Source: an uncultured Candidatus Berkelbacteria bacterium (lineage in GTDB: Bacteria > Patescibacteriota > UBA1384 > UBA12157). Taken from it: a stretch of 64,000 bases of DNA. Under the pieces are notes generated by a model. That model was given only the letters and a program-made list of their open reading frames with translations, did no database searches and was not told the DNA's origin. Position numbers and translations under genes: made by a program. This document shows, piece after piece, positions 25,037-34,966 of the stretch (position 1 is its first letter; each line of letters begins with the position of its first letter). The stretch lies in assembly GCA_903877885.1 (NCBI GenBank), contig CAIRFN010000005.1, positions 17,956 to 81,955 on the forward strand, in the 5' to 3' direction.

Positions 25037-27475
25037 ATGTTTAATAAATTCAAAAAGAACTTCATCAAGTTTATGATCGGCGTATTATTAGTAGTCTCTT
25101 TTATGCCGAATATTATTGACGCTCAAAAAACCGAATTTGATCGCTGGCAACAAAAAGTAGCTATTCAAAATAATCATTGGCAACAATTAAATGAGCAAGC
25201 TAAAGCAGTTGCTGAAAAATTACAATCAGCTGACAAAAATCCTCTAGGACTAGCCACAGCTAAAGCGGCTGGAAATTATCCAGTTAAAGGTCTTCGAGTA
25301 GCCTTAGACATTTTTGATCGATATACTAATGATGCTACCTATCGACCAAATTACTGGTGGGATTCAGCACCGCTTCCGACTGGTACAAATCTGGCCGATA
25401 TTCAATTTGATATCTCTCTAAGCGCTCCTAATTATAACCTTATTAATAGAACTCTTGTTAGTACTGCCAAAGGTTCTGATTTTCCTAATGACGACAATCT
25501 AAAATGTAATAATGCTGACAAAACCAATTGCGGTACCGTTATGGTCACGGTTAAAACAATGTTGAACCAAAATGGTAATCGAACAGAAATTGGTTCTTCC
25601 TTAGCTTCATTGGTAGTTCCGAATTTAAGCGATCGTGCAAGTAAATTGGCCGCTAGTGCTATTGATAATGATTATAATCCCGCAACATTAAGCACAAGCA
25701 GCACTAGTTCTATTGATAATTCTGACTATCCACCAGCGCCAGACGGTACTACCAGAATGACTGGTGAGCAATGTCAAAACGACCCGGTATGCAGTACTTT
25801 ACCAACATTTGGCGTGCTCGCAGAACCAACTGCTGTATGGGGTGATATAGCTCCAATTGGCATACTGGCATACAATGCTAAAAGTATTGCCAAAATTACT
25901 TTGAGCATTTCTGATCCAGTTTCCAATAAATCATTTTATAAAGACGATTTTACTAACGTTAAAAAACAGGATCAAATATATTATGAATATGATTGGGACA
26001 CTTTACTAGCTCAAACTAATGTCGATAGTGCTAATTCTACCCACACTGCTTTAGCCGAATTTTACAAAGATAATGGTAAAGGCGGTTTTACTTCTATCGG
26101 CCGAGCTACTGCTACGATTAAAATTACTGCTTTCAGTAGTTTCGATCCAATGACTGATGGTTTCTGGGGCGGCTATTTAAGAAATGATGGTAGCTATAGC
26201 CAAGATTGGAAAGTAAAACTTGGTTGTGATAAAAGTGCTGATCTTTGCAAAGATATCGATTCAACTAAAACTGCTATAAGTACAGCAATTGCTAGCGGTC
26301 AAGTTACAGAACAAGATGTTAATGATCTGATAAAAAGTTTCTCTCGTTATAATACCCAATTAAGCAAATCTAGTAGCGGAAACGATGAAACAATGATGCA
26401 GACTGTAGCTAATTGTTATAATATGACTGATTTAATTGGAGTAGTTAATGATCAGATGGATACCAAAGTTGGTATCCCTATTAGCGATATGGACGAAGCT
26501 TTCTTAAAATCACCTGAAAGTATTACTATCTTGCAAGTAGTTAACCAATATAGTTCACGGATTGCTTCTTATAATCCACAAACTCTTGATGAATGGAAAG
26601 CAATGCCTTTTTGGCCACAAATGAGTAATGAGATACTAAATAAGATTAGCCGCGATCCAGCCAATCTTATTAATTCTATTGACGATGTTACACCAGCAAG
26701 TTTAGACACTACGACAACCGCAAGCAACCACAATTCTTTTGCTCTTTTTATGAACCCAACTGGAGTCGCAAAAGCAACTGACCCAATAGGTTTCGTGACC
26801 GATGGCGCCTTCCTTATTGCAGATACAATTAAAATGTTTAGAGATCCAAGTATTGGAAATGCCGCCTGGATATTGGGCGATGTTGCGCTCGGGGCAGTAG
26901 ATGTTGTTCTTGGCGGTGGCGGCGAACTTCATGCCGCTATTGCTAGTGGTAAAGCTGCTATTTGGATGGCTACACATTTTCCGAAAGTAGTTGAAGTATA
27001 TAGAGTAACTAAGGGCGTAATTGCATCGGCTAAAATTGGCGAACGGGTTGGTGCATTTTTAACTAGGATCGGTGGTGGCGCAATTAAGGAAGCAATTATT
27101 AAAGGTGGTACAGCGGTCACTGAATATCTTGCAGCTCATCCAAATCTTGCTAAAATTGTCGATAGAATCAACCCTTTTAAAGCCAAATATTGGGCTTGGG
27201 CGCCAGGAATAGCTAAGAAATTTATCACCAAAGCCAAAGCTGCCGCTTGGTTTGTTTTTGATCATATTATTCCATTCGCCAACCTTGCTGCCCACGTTGC
27301 TGGAGATTCAGGTAAATGTGAATACTGCGCAGATGCAAAAAAGTGGTGGACATGGTTTACTCCAAGCGGAGCTATTCTAAACACCTTATGTGAGCTTCAA
27401 TGTGTAATTATCAACTGGATTGCCAGCGCGGTTGGCTTTGTTGTGGATAAGGTTTTACTACCAAGTATCCTTTAA
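25037..27475 (+). CDS. Large secreted/surface protein (812 aa) with a Gly/Ala-rich hydrophobic C-terminal region
   Basis: N-terminal signal/TM MIGVLLVVSFMPNIIDAQ. Long S/T/N-rich extracellular region. The C-terminal 250 aa are rich in G/A/I and amphipathic. No family recognised. Confidence 0.5.
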   Translation: MFNKFKKNFIKFMIGVLLVVSFMPNIIDAQKTEFDRWQQKVAIQNNHWQQLNEQAKAVAEKLQSADKNPLGLATAKAAGNYPVKGLRVALDIFDRYTNDATYRPNYWWDSAPLPTGTNLADIQFDISLSAPNYNLINRTLVSTAKGSDFPNDDNLKCNNADKTNCGTVMVTVKTMLNQNGNRTEIGSSLASLVVPNLSDRASKLAASAIDNDYNPATLSTSSTSSIDNSDYPPAPDGTTRMTGEQCQNDPVCSTLPTFGVLAEPTAVWGDIAPIGILAYNAKSIAKITLSISDPVSNKSFYKDDFTNVKKQDQIYYEYDWDTLLAQTNVDSANSTHTALAEFYKDNGKGGFTSIGRATATIKITAFSSFDPMTDGFWGGYLRNDGSYSQDWKVKLGCDKSADLCKDIDSTKTAISTAIASGQVTEQDVNDLIKSFSRYNTQLSKSSSGNDETMMQTVANCYNMTDLIGVVNDQMDTKVGIPISDMDEAFLKSPESITILQVVNQYSSRIASYNPQTLDEWKAMPFWPQMSNEILNKISRDPANLINSIDDVTPASLDTTTTASNHNSFALFMNPTGVAKATDPIGFVTDGAFLIADTIKMFRDPSIGNAAWILGDVALGAVDVVLGGGGELHAAIASGKAAIWMATHFPKVVEVYRVTKGVIASAKIGERVGAFLTRIGGGAIKEAIIKGGTAVTEYLAAHPNLAKIVDRINPFKAKYWAWAPGIAKKFITKAKAAAWFVFDHIIPFANLAAHVAGDSGKCEYCADAKKWWTWFTPSGAILNTLCELQCVIINWIASAVGFVVDKVLLPSIL

Positions 27476-27489
27476 ATAAATTTAAATCA

Positions 27490-30063
27490 ATGAAAAAATT
27501 TCTTATTACAAATTCCGGGCTGTTTTTAACGATTTTAATCGGTTTAATTTTATTAGGCTGTTTTGGTATTCACCAGCACCTTAATGCTGATTTTTTAAGT
27601 TTAGCTCCTGGAGTCGCCCATGCCGAACCTTTAGACCAAGAATTGAGAACCGGCGGACCAGCTTGGATCTACACCGTTTGGCGCATTACTTTAAGTTTAG
27701 CCAATGTTTTTGTTGGCGTAATTTTATTATTTTTCGCGTTTGTCAATATTGCCCATATTGATTACGACACGCTCCAGCTTAAAAAAACTTTTCCTGGTTT
27801 GATTACTGGCATTATTATGGCTAACTTCAGTTTGGTTATCTGTCGAATGATGGTCGATATTGCCTCAATCTTAACCTTAACTTTTACTCAAGATTCCACA
27901 GCAATGGTTAATGGTATTCTCTGCTCTTTAACCTTTACTCCTCAAACTACTACTAGTGGGCTGGTCACTTTAGGTATTGCTGTCGGTGCTATTTCCGCCT
28001 TCGGCGGCCCCTTATTATTACTTTTGATTTTAATTTTGGTGGCAGTATTTTTAGGTGTTCTTTTCTTGTCGTTAATGATGCTAATTCGTAAATCAATCAT
28101 CGAAGTTTTAGCCGCCGTTGCTCCTTTAGCCTTCATTATGCTCGCCTTTCCCCCAACCGAAACCTATTTTAAAAAATGGTGGGAATGGTTTTTAAGTTGG
28201 ACTTTTATGGGTCCAATTATGATGGCTTTACTTTGGATTGCTGGTCAAGTCGGCGGCCATTGCGGCGACCCGTTTAGTATGACTCGTACCTTAGCGGTTT
28301 TGGCTTTGGTTTATTTAGCCGCCACTGTTCCATTTAGTATGGGCGGAGTGATTATGGGCGCGATTAAAAAAACTGCTCAAGGTGCCTACAAAGTTGCTTC
28401 TAATAATCCTTGGAGCAAAGCCAGCACGGCAAAAATGAAACAGAAAGCTGGAAACTGGTTTAATAAAACTGGTATTGGTCAATCGTGGCGCAATGCCGAA
28501 GCAACAACCGAAGATTATAACAAACTTTATGATACTCAAGCTAAAGGCGCTCAAGATGAAGCAAGAAGAGGACGAGCACCAAGGGAACAAAGCGAGATCG
28601 ATATGCAAATGAAAGCCGCTCAAGATATCACTGCCGATATCAGTGCAAGAGTTGAAGAAAATTTAAACCGAATGGAAGCTGGTCAACTTCTTGATGGTTT
28701 AACGAATGACGATGTTCAACGCTTTACTGGTCACGCTACCGCACAAGCAGCTGCTAGCCAATTTGTTCGCAATGCCGCTAGAGTTAATCAAGCCAAAAAA
28801 GCAATTGCTAAACGACGTGCTTTAGATATTTTTACTATGGCTCGTCATAATAACGAAGCTAATACTCAAGTAAGAAATGCGATGAGAGCAAGATTGACTG
28901 AAACAGAACTTCCAACAAATGATCCAAATTATCATGCTTTTGTAAATAACCAGGACGGTGTTACAGCCACAGTTTATGATTCAAATAGGCAAGCCAGAGG
29001 TCGGCAAAATTTTACTCATGCTGACTTAGTCGACCAGGCTGCAGATTGGAGACTTAACGGTAAAAAAGCTGCACAAGGGAGTCAACAACAACAAGAATGT
29101 TTTCGAATCGCTCAAGAATATGAGCAACAAGCACAAGCCTTCCAAGATGCCAATCCACAAGTATATGACTATCAAGCAGTACTTGACCGAAATTTATCAG
29201 GTCGTCAATTTGCAGAAATTAATACTGTTCATGTAGATGAAGCTAAAACTGAAGAAATGAATACTACAGGTTTCAATGTCCTTGCAGATACAAGAAAACG
29301 AAATCCTGGCGATTTAAGAAGATTTGGTACCGCAGAAATTCGCGGTACAGACGAAGACTTTGATCGATTTTTAAGAGGAGAGCAACATTTGAATGAAGGT
29401 TTTGGAAATGACGCCTCTCTAATTAAACGAGACGCGACAATGGGTCATGCAAGAAAAGGTGTCAGTAGTGGTGATGTAGCGGGTGTATATGCACTTAATG
29501 ACATTGTAAATCGCATCCAAGAAGCTAGAGAAGTTTGGCGCGGCGATCCTAATCATATACGAACTGTACGTAATGTCCATGGCCAAGATATTCAAATTGA
29601 TGAAGGGGAGTCTAAGGCTAATTTATTTCAAGATAGCCTCGAACGCCTGACTATTCCAGCTCAAAGACAACACATGGAAGAGCAAATCTATAATCAATAC
29701 CGTGAATCATTGCCTCCAGCAGCACAAGCTCATTTGCGAGATCTTACTGGACTAAATCCAACACAAAGACAAACGGAGGTTAATTCACTATTACCCGGTC
29801 AAAGAACAGTCGCATTACGTAATTTTGATCTAACTCGTTTATCTCCTTCTGACCGAGGTGATGGAATTATTCATAAATCATTTTTAAGAAATGTCTATGG
29901 TGGTGTAGAACGTGATGAAAATTTACGTTTTGGTGAAAGTTCTGGCGCAACAGCGGGGAGATCACCGGCCGCCGGTGATGCCCACCCGCTTACTAATCCA
30001 ACACCCAGAAACCAACAAGGTCAGAATCCTGGACAAAATCCAGGCCCAGGAACCGGTCCATAA
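27490..30063 (+). CDS. Polytopic membrane protein (857 aa): about 8 N-terminal TM helices plus a long hydrophilic C-terminal domain with a Gln/Pro-rich tail. Possibly VirB6/TrbL-like
   Basis: The TM cluster spans residues ~1-300. The C-terminus is ..NPTPRNQQGQNPGQNPGPGTGP. The VirB6-like assignment is architectural only. Confidence 0.5.
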   Translation: MKKFLITNSGLFLTILIGLILLGCFGIHQHLNADFLSLAPGVAHAEPLDQELRTGGPAWIYTVWRITLSLANVFVGVILLFFAFVNIAHIDYDTLQLKKTFPGLITGIIMANFSLVICRMMVDIASILTLTFTQDSTAMVNGILCSLTFTPQTTTSGLVTLGIAVGAISAFGGPLLLLLILILVAVFLGVLFLSLMMLIRKSIIEVLAAVAPLAFIMLAFPPTETYFKKWWEWFLSWTFMGPIMMALLWIAGQVGGHCGDPFSMTRTLAVLALVYLAATVPFSMGGVIMGAIKKTAQGAYKVASNNPWSKASTAKMKQKAGNWFNKTGIGQSWRNAEATTEDYNKLYDTQAKGAQDEARRGRAPREQSEIDMQMKAAQDITADISARVEENLNRMEAGQLLDGLTNDDVQRFTGHATAQAAASQFVRNAARVNQAKKAIAKRRALDIFTMARHNNEANTQVRNAMRARLTETELPTNDPNYHAFVNNQDGVTATVYDSNRQARGRQNFTHADLVDQAADWRLNGKKAAQGSQQQQECFRIAQEYEQQAQAFQDANPQVYDYQAVLDRNLSGRQFAEINTVHVDEAKTEEMNTTGFNVLADTRKRNPGDLRRFGTAEIRGTDEDFDRFLRGEQHLNEGFGNDASLIKRDATMGHARKGVSSGDVAGVYALNDIVNRIQEAREVWRGDPNHIRTVRNVHGQDIQIDEGESKANLFQDSLERLTIPAQRQHMEEQIYNQYRESLPPAAQAHLRDLTGLNPTQRQTEVNSLLPGQRTVALRNFDLTRLSPSDRGDGIIHKSFLRNVYGGVERDENLRFGESSGATAGRSPAAGDAHPLTNPTPRNQQGQNPGQNPGPGTGP

Positions 30064-30224
30064 CCGCAAGGTCCTAACCCTGGTCCAATTCCAGCACCTA
30101 GACCGGCTGGTGCTCCAAATCCTGCGCCACAGCCGCCACAAAGTCCACAAAACCCACCAGCGCCAACTGGGCCGGCCGGTGCCCCGCCAGTAGTTTAGTA
30201 AACATATAATTAAGTTAAAAAAAT

Positions 30225-31046
30225 ATGAACAATGATTTAGATGACAATTCATACCTTCAAGGACCAACTGCCGAAACCTTAGCTATGGCTGATGAATTAA
30301 CAGCTAATGATTTTGAAACGCTAAAAAATCAGTACGGCGAGAAGAAACTATTTGATAAAGTTTTTCGATTTGACGCTAATTACTATTCGGCGGCCGATGA
30401 ATTAAGAGCTAGACGGCATCAACTGGTCATCAATTTTTATCCAACCGATAAAGATCTTTCCTTGTCTAACAAACAAAAAAATCAAATTGTTGATCTTTTA
30501 GCTAATTCCCCAACTGACGCTAATCAATTACTAATAGATCTAAAAACAGTCAATCCAGATCTAACGATTAACCCTGGAATAGATGTTAATAGTATTATTG
30601 CGCGAAGTCAATTGATTAAAAATGCGTTTTCTGTACTTGAAAATCTAATGCTTGATAATTTTAGTTATGACTATCTTCAAGACACAATGTTATTCTATAA
30701 AATCGAAGATCAAAAGCTAGCGGAACTTGAAATTCAAATTAAAAATATCTCTGAAAAAATGGCTGATCAACTCGAAAAATTAGCTAAAAACGATTTTAAA
30801 ACTGATGAAACAATCGCGACCGACGCAATTGGAATATTAGCCAAACTCGGTCGAACGCAACTATTTGTCAGTGAAGGAAATGAAGGAAAGAACCTAGGTC
30901 AATTAGTTGAAATCTTTGGCCGATTCGATTTAGCTCTAACTGCGGCAAAAAATTTAAAGACAAAAATCTCTGGCACCAATGACAATCTAGAGCAGTCAGC
31001 ATTAGCAGAAATTAAGCTACTTCTAAAAAACGATATCGATATTTAA
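30225..31046 (+). CDS. Hypothetical protein (273 aa)
   Basis: Intact ORF with AT-rich native composition. No family recognised. Confidence 0.45.
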   Translation: MNNDLDDNSYLQGPTAETLAMADELTANDFETLKNQYGEKKLFDKVFRFDANYYSAADELRARRHQLVINFYPTDKDLSLSNKQKNQIVDLLANSPTDANQLLIDLKTVNPDLTINPGIDVNSIIARSQLIKNAFSVLENLMLDNFSYDYLQDTMLFYKIEDQKLAELEIQIKNISEKMADQLEKLAKNDFKTDETIATDAIGILAKLGRTQLFVSEGNEGKNLGQLVEIFGRFDLALTAAKNLKTKISGTNDNLEQSALAEIKLLLKNDIDI

Positions 31047-31086
31047 AATCAACTGGATTTGACAGATTATTCCCCCTTGACAACAG

Positions 31087-31115
31087 GGGAGTTTTGTGGT
31101 ATATTTATATGTTCT
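31087..31115 (+). promoter_or_regulatory. Near-consensus promoter TTGACA, 17-bp spacer, extended TGgTATATT
   Basis: ccttgacaacaggggagttttgtggtatatt. It sits within a weak cccc/gggg hairpin and drives the GC-rich gene at 31279. A second TTGACA lies at 31069. Confidence 0.5.
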
Positions 31116-31278
31116 GAAATTGATGAGGTGAAAGATTATTTTACCCCTCAAGTCAGTTGCATAGATTGACAATTGAATACAAATATTACTCTGACCCAGT
31201 GGGCAAATTAGCCCCTGGCAAGGCACCAGTTTAACCTGATGCTGCGTCCGGGCTGATGAGGCCCAAGGAGAAAGAAAA

Positions 31279-32241
31279 ATGCAGAAATTCCTCTTGATTG
31301 CCATGATGGCAATCACTCTGTTATCCCTCACCAACAGCGCCTTCGGTCAGAAGGTGGTTGGAACACTGGTCGTCAAAGCGACAACCAGTACGACAACAAG
31401 CGGTGTTCCTGTGCCTGACGGTGCAGTTGAACAGCCGCCAACGCCGAAAGCGCAAACAACCCCTGCGCCAGTAGTGTCCGACCGTGTCAATATCAATGAC
31501 CTTCGGGTCAAAAAATTGACAATCGACAACGTGAAAGTACATGTCGATCGTCGGTCAGGTAATGTCGTAGCGGACGGGGCAAGACCAGCAAGTCATCATG
31601 TTGCCCGTCGCCCGACCATCGGAACCAGTCCGGTCGTAGTCAAAAAAATCTCCGGATTAGAGACGACTGTCTACGGCGGCAGGAAGTCGACTGGTTTGGT
31701 CGGGAAAGTCGCAAAAATCGACACTCGGCTAACCGACGCCGAGACTAACATCTCGACATTAAATGAAAACTGCACCACAGCCCAAACAACTGCAGATGGA
31801 GCTAAAACAGCTGCAGAGGAAGCCAAAGCGATGGCAACTGGAGCTAACGAGAAAATAAATAGTTTAGCTGCCGGAATCGGGCTGACTAAGTGGGTTGCCT
31901 GGATCGCTTTGATCTTGGCGATTTGCTTGGCCTGCTTGGCTGGCTATAACTACTTCCGAAAGGAAAGAACTGGTGTGAGTAAGGACGAGCTTGACACTTT
32001 AGGGCGTCAGGTTGTTATTAACAATATCAACCTCAAGGATCAGCTTGAAGGAATCAACCGAGAGATCGCCGATCTTAAGCGAAGTATCAACACTTCGTCG
32101 GAACCCGACGCCGAACCGGAGGCAACCCCTAGGCCGCCGTTCGACTTCTCGCGTTTTCACATGCCAAAACCCGAGCCTGAACCGCTCGCCGCGACTAAGG
32201 AAGATCTTCAGGGCGCAGTCGACGACGCGGTCATAGCATAA
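31279..32241 (+). CDS. Secreted protein with signal peptide, coiled-coil region and a single C-terminal TM anchor. GC-rich island gene
   Basis: MQKFLLIAMMAITLLSLTNSAFGQ signal. TM at LTKWVAWIALILAICLACLAGY. GC clearly above the flanks. AAGGAG RBS 8 nt before the ATG. Confidence 0.5.
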   Translation: MQKFLLIAMMAITLLSLTNSAFGQKVVGTLVVKATTSTTTSGVPVPDGAVEQPPTPKAQTTPAPVVSDRVNINDLRVKKLTIDNVKVHVDRRSGNVVADGARPASHHVARRPTIGTSPVVVKKISGLETTVYGGRKSTGLVGKVAKIDTRLTDAETNISTLNENCTTAQTTADGAKTAAEEAKAMATGANEKINSLAAGIGLTKWVAWIALILAICLACLAGYNYFRKERTGVSKDELDTLGRQVVINNINLKDQLEGINREIADLKRSINTSSEPDAEPEATPRPPFDFSRFHMPKPEPEPLAATKEDLQGAVDDAVIA

Positions 32242-32248
32242 CACAACA

Positions 32249-32296
32249 AAACCCCAACGAAATCTTGCAGGAGGCAAGAGAGTAGTTGGGGTTTTA
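32249..32296 (+). terminator. Rho-independent terminator (long stem)
   Basis: aaaccccaac...cttgcaggaggcaag...gttggggtttt. Confidence 0.65.
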
Positions 32297-32311
32297 AAAT
32301 ACTTAAAAATA

Positions 32312-32348
32312 GATTCCGGATCCTGTCGCCAACCGGTCCGGAATGACA
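32312..32348. repeat. Family-A solo half-module
   Basis: gattccggatcctgtcgccaaccggtccggaatgaca. Confidence 0.65.
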
Positions 32349-32355
32349 TTTGACG

Positions 32356-33969
32356 TCACATCAAATTCCAATTCATCTTAATATCAACCTTGCCTTTATT
32401 AGGCGGTAATTTGATTCTATTTGGCACGAATAAGCCCTCGCTTAAACCAGCTATTTCGCAGAAATTTTCCATAGCCGTCTTAGGAACAAATTTTCCTTCA
32501 TACCAACCACCGGCTGCATCAATTTCTTTTTGCATAAGGTCCGAAGCAATCTTTTCATACTGATTTTGTAAACTTATTCGTTTAATGAAATTCCAGGCGC
32601 CTTTGGCTGCTTTAATTTCTTGGCGTAAATGATCTAATGACATTGAGCCGGAAATAGTTTCCATAGATCGTTCAGCTCTTTCGGTTGGCTCTAGTATTGA
32701 AGCCGACCCGGCACCAACTCCACCACTGCCGCTGGCTTCTATAATCGGCGCCGAAGGCGGTAAAACCGGTTCTGGCGCACTTTCGGCTGGTTCTGACGGT
32801 ATTGCGGGTGATTCAAATACCGAAGGCGCAGCTGGCGTCGCCGGTAATTCTGGACTTGACACTGGCACTGGAGCGACTGCCGGTTGAGGTAAATCGTTTA
32901 ATTTCCACGGCGAATTTTCGCCTTCTGCTGGCTTACGCGGTTTGGAACCAAAAATCTTCGCGCCTAAAATACCGAAAGCCGACGCTATTTGAGCCCAATC
33001 CTTAAATTCCAAACCACGACCTAAAACATGACCAATCTCGTCAACAAAAGGTTCGATCGTTAATTTTGCCCCCATTTGAATGGCTTCAGCAGATGCCCTC
33101 GCATACTCGGACATATTATTATATATGAAATGACCGCCATGCATATTCCAGACAACCCTGTGACCAGCATCAAGTGCCACTTGGCCAACCTTTGTCGCCT
33201 CCGCCGCTTTATGAAAACCAAGGGGAATACCATTGAGTAAACCTGTTGCCAAAGTCGCGACCGATGATACAATCCCTCGACCTAATTTCCAGTTCTGTTC
33301 GCTTTTCATATTTTTCTGCTGCGCTTCAATGACAGCATTTTCTTTTTCTTTAATGCCAATTATCAGATCTGCAAAATTATCATCGGTCATTTCTGCACCA
33401 TGTTCGCGTAGAGCTAACTTTGCTACTTCAATTGCTTCTGTTAATTCATTTTGAGCCGCCAGTTCTAAATTAGTACGCTTATTACCCCAACCAACTTCTT
33501 CAACAACTTGAATTAAGCCGTCAATACCAACCTGTAATCCCTTGCTCCAAAGCGGAGCGGTAAAAACACCAGCACCACTCATTACCATCACTGTCGCTGT
33601 ACCAAGACCGCCAGAAACTTTAGATAAAATTCCCATCCACTTGCGATATCGCGGCGTTTTTTCCCATTCGCCAAGAGTATCTAGCTCAATACTTCCATCT
33701 TCTTTTTCTGTGTAAAATCTTTCACCGACACGATTAAAAAATTGATTGATTTCGCCAAGTGTTTTACTTCCAAACGCCCCTTTGTATCTTTCAGCGGCTC
33801 TGGCGTCATCACGATCAACTAATTCTTTAATTTCATCAATCAACCATTGTTCATAGTTTAATGGCTCTTCTTCAGGTTCAACTGGCGTTTCATGAAGCGT
33901 GATTTCAGGACCTAATTCTGGCCTGACAGTGGCTTCGGCAGAATGATCAATCGGAGTTGTTTCTTGCAT
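32356..33969 (-). CDS. Hypothetical protein (537 aa) with a Pro/Ala/Ser-rich linker
   Basis: Intact ORF with the low-complexity stretch ..PAVAPVPVSSPELPATPAAPSVFESPAIPSEPAESAPEPVLPPSAP.. No family recognised. Confidence 0.5.
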   Translation of the reverse strand: MQETTPIDHSAEATVRPELGPEITLHETPVEPEEEPLNYEQWLIDEIKELVDRDDARAAERYKGAFGSKTLGEINQFFNRVGERFYTEKEDGSIELDTLGEWEKTPRYRKWMGILSKVSGGLGTATVMVMSGAGVFTAPLWSKGLQVGIDGLIQVVEEVGWGNKRTNLELAAQNELTEAIEVAKLALREHGAEMTDDNFADLIIGIKEKENAVIEAQQKNMKSEQNWKLGRGIVSSVATLATGLLNGIPLGFHKAAEATKVGQVALDAGHRVVWNMHGGHFIYNNMSEYARASAEAIQMGAKLTIEPFVDEIGHVLGRGLEFKDWAQIASAFGILGAKIFGSKPRKPAEGENSPWKLNDLPQPAVAPVPVSSPELPATPAAPSVFESPAIPSEPAESAPEPVLPPSAPIIEASGSGGVGAGSASILEPTERAERSMETISGSMSLDHLRQEIKAAKGAWNFIKRISLQNQYEKIASDLMQKEIDAAGGWYEGKFVPKTAMENFCEIAGLSEGLFVPNRIKLPPNKGKVDIKMNWNLM

Positions 33970-33972
33970 AAT

Positions 33973-34311
33973 TTACTCCTTTTGACTTTTTACTTTTTTG
34001 GCCAAGTCGATCAGTTTGATTTTTTCCAACAAGGTTTCTTCAACCACTAACTGACCAAGATTGATGTTTTTGCTTTCCAAAAACTTTAGAGTTTCCTCGT
34101 CTTGATCTTTAGCCATCAAATCAGTAAAAATCGATTTGTCTGCTTCAGCCAATAAATCGTCGATTCTAACCGCCACCCGACTTTGAATCCCCCGATTTAA
34201 CTGGTTTATGAGTTCCGCTTTTTTATCATCTGACAGATGGTCAAGTCCCATGAGTTCAAAGATATCGCCTTCGATTAAATCTTCCGGCGTAACATTAACT
34301 AAGTTAGACAT
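33973..34311 (-). CDS. Hypothetical protein (112 aa)
   Basis: Intact ORF. RBS ggaggcaaatg. Directly upstream of, and co-oriented with, the 537-aa gene. Confidence 0.4.
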   Translation of the reverse strand: MSNLVNVTPEDLIEGDIFELMGLDHLSDDKKAELINQLNRGIQSRVAVRIDDLLAEADKSIFTDLMAKDQDEETLKFLESKNINLGQLVVEETLLEKIKLIDLAKKVKSQKE

Positions 34312-34350
34312 TTGCCTCCTTACTTTACCTTTCTAGCATAGATTAACCTC

Positions 34351-34379
34351 TTGACAAATGTCAAATTATATGGTATATT
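34351..34379 (+). promoter_or_regulatory. Near-consensus promoter whose -35 lies in the palindrome TTGACAAATGTCAA. 17-bp spacer, extended TGgTATATT
   Basis: cctcttgacaaatgtcaaattatatggtatatt. It shares the CTCTTGACAAAT(A)GTCAA motif with the promoter at 36780. Confidence 0.55.
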
Positions 34380-34448
34380 ACGATGTTATTGCTAGAAGAA
34401 TATTTTAGCAATTTAGTATATTAAAAATCAAGCTTAAGGAGAGGAAAA

Positions 34449-34949
34449 ATGCCAGAAAAGACTACCGGTGAGCCGGTGAAGTTCATCCCTTTGTCCATGG
34501 TTGGTTCTCTCGTCAATATGGTTGTTGAGAAAATCAAGGCATGGCTGGTCACCACCTATTTAAAATCGATCATTGATCGATTGGAAAAAGTCGAAGCGGA
34601 TTTAAACCCGCCCGACGAGTTCTTCACACAGCAATTCGATGTGATTAACGAAGGGATAAAAAAAATCATCGATGAGCGCTTGGCGAAGGTTCGTCAGGAG
34701 GTCTACGACCAACTGAAGCAAGAGCTTAGTTCGTCGCTGACGATTCTCTCCTCCGAGGAAGAAGCCAAGACGATCGAGCAGGCTCGCGCCGAGCGCGATG
34801 CTCGAAACAAAGAGTTGCGCGACATTGCTCCACCAACGCCGCCTGCGCCAACTCCAACGACTACCGTCAAACGCACAGAGCGCGTCGTCAAACCCGACAC
34901 CGCTACCCCCACCGTCAAGAAGCCGCGGCTCGCGCCACCGAGCATCTAA
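34449..34949 (+). CDS. Hypothetical coiled-coil protein with a Pro/Thr-rich C-terminus. GC-rich island
   Basis: 166 aa. AAGGAG RBS. Elevated GC. Confidence 0.45.
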   Translation: MPEKTTGEPVKFIPLSMVGSLVNMVVEKIKAWLVTTYLKSIIDRLEKVEADLNPPDEFFTQQFDVINEGIKKIIDERLAKVRQEVYDQLKQELSSSLTILSSEEEAKTIEQARAERDARNKELRDIAPPTPPAPTPTTTVKRTERVVKPDTATPTVKKPRLAPPSI

Positions 34950-34966
34950 AATCAAGGAGAAGGAAC

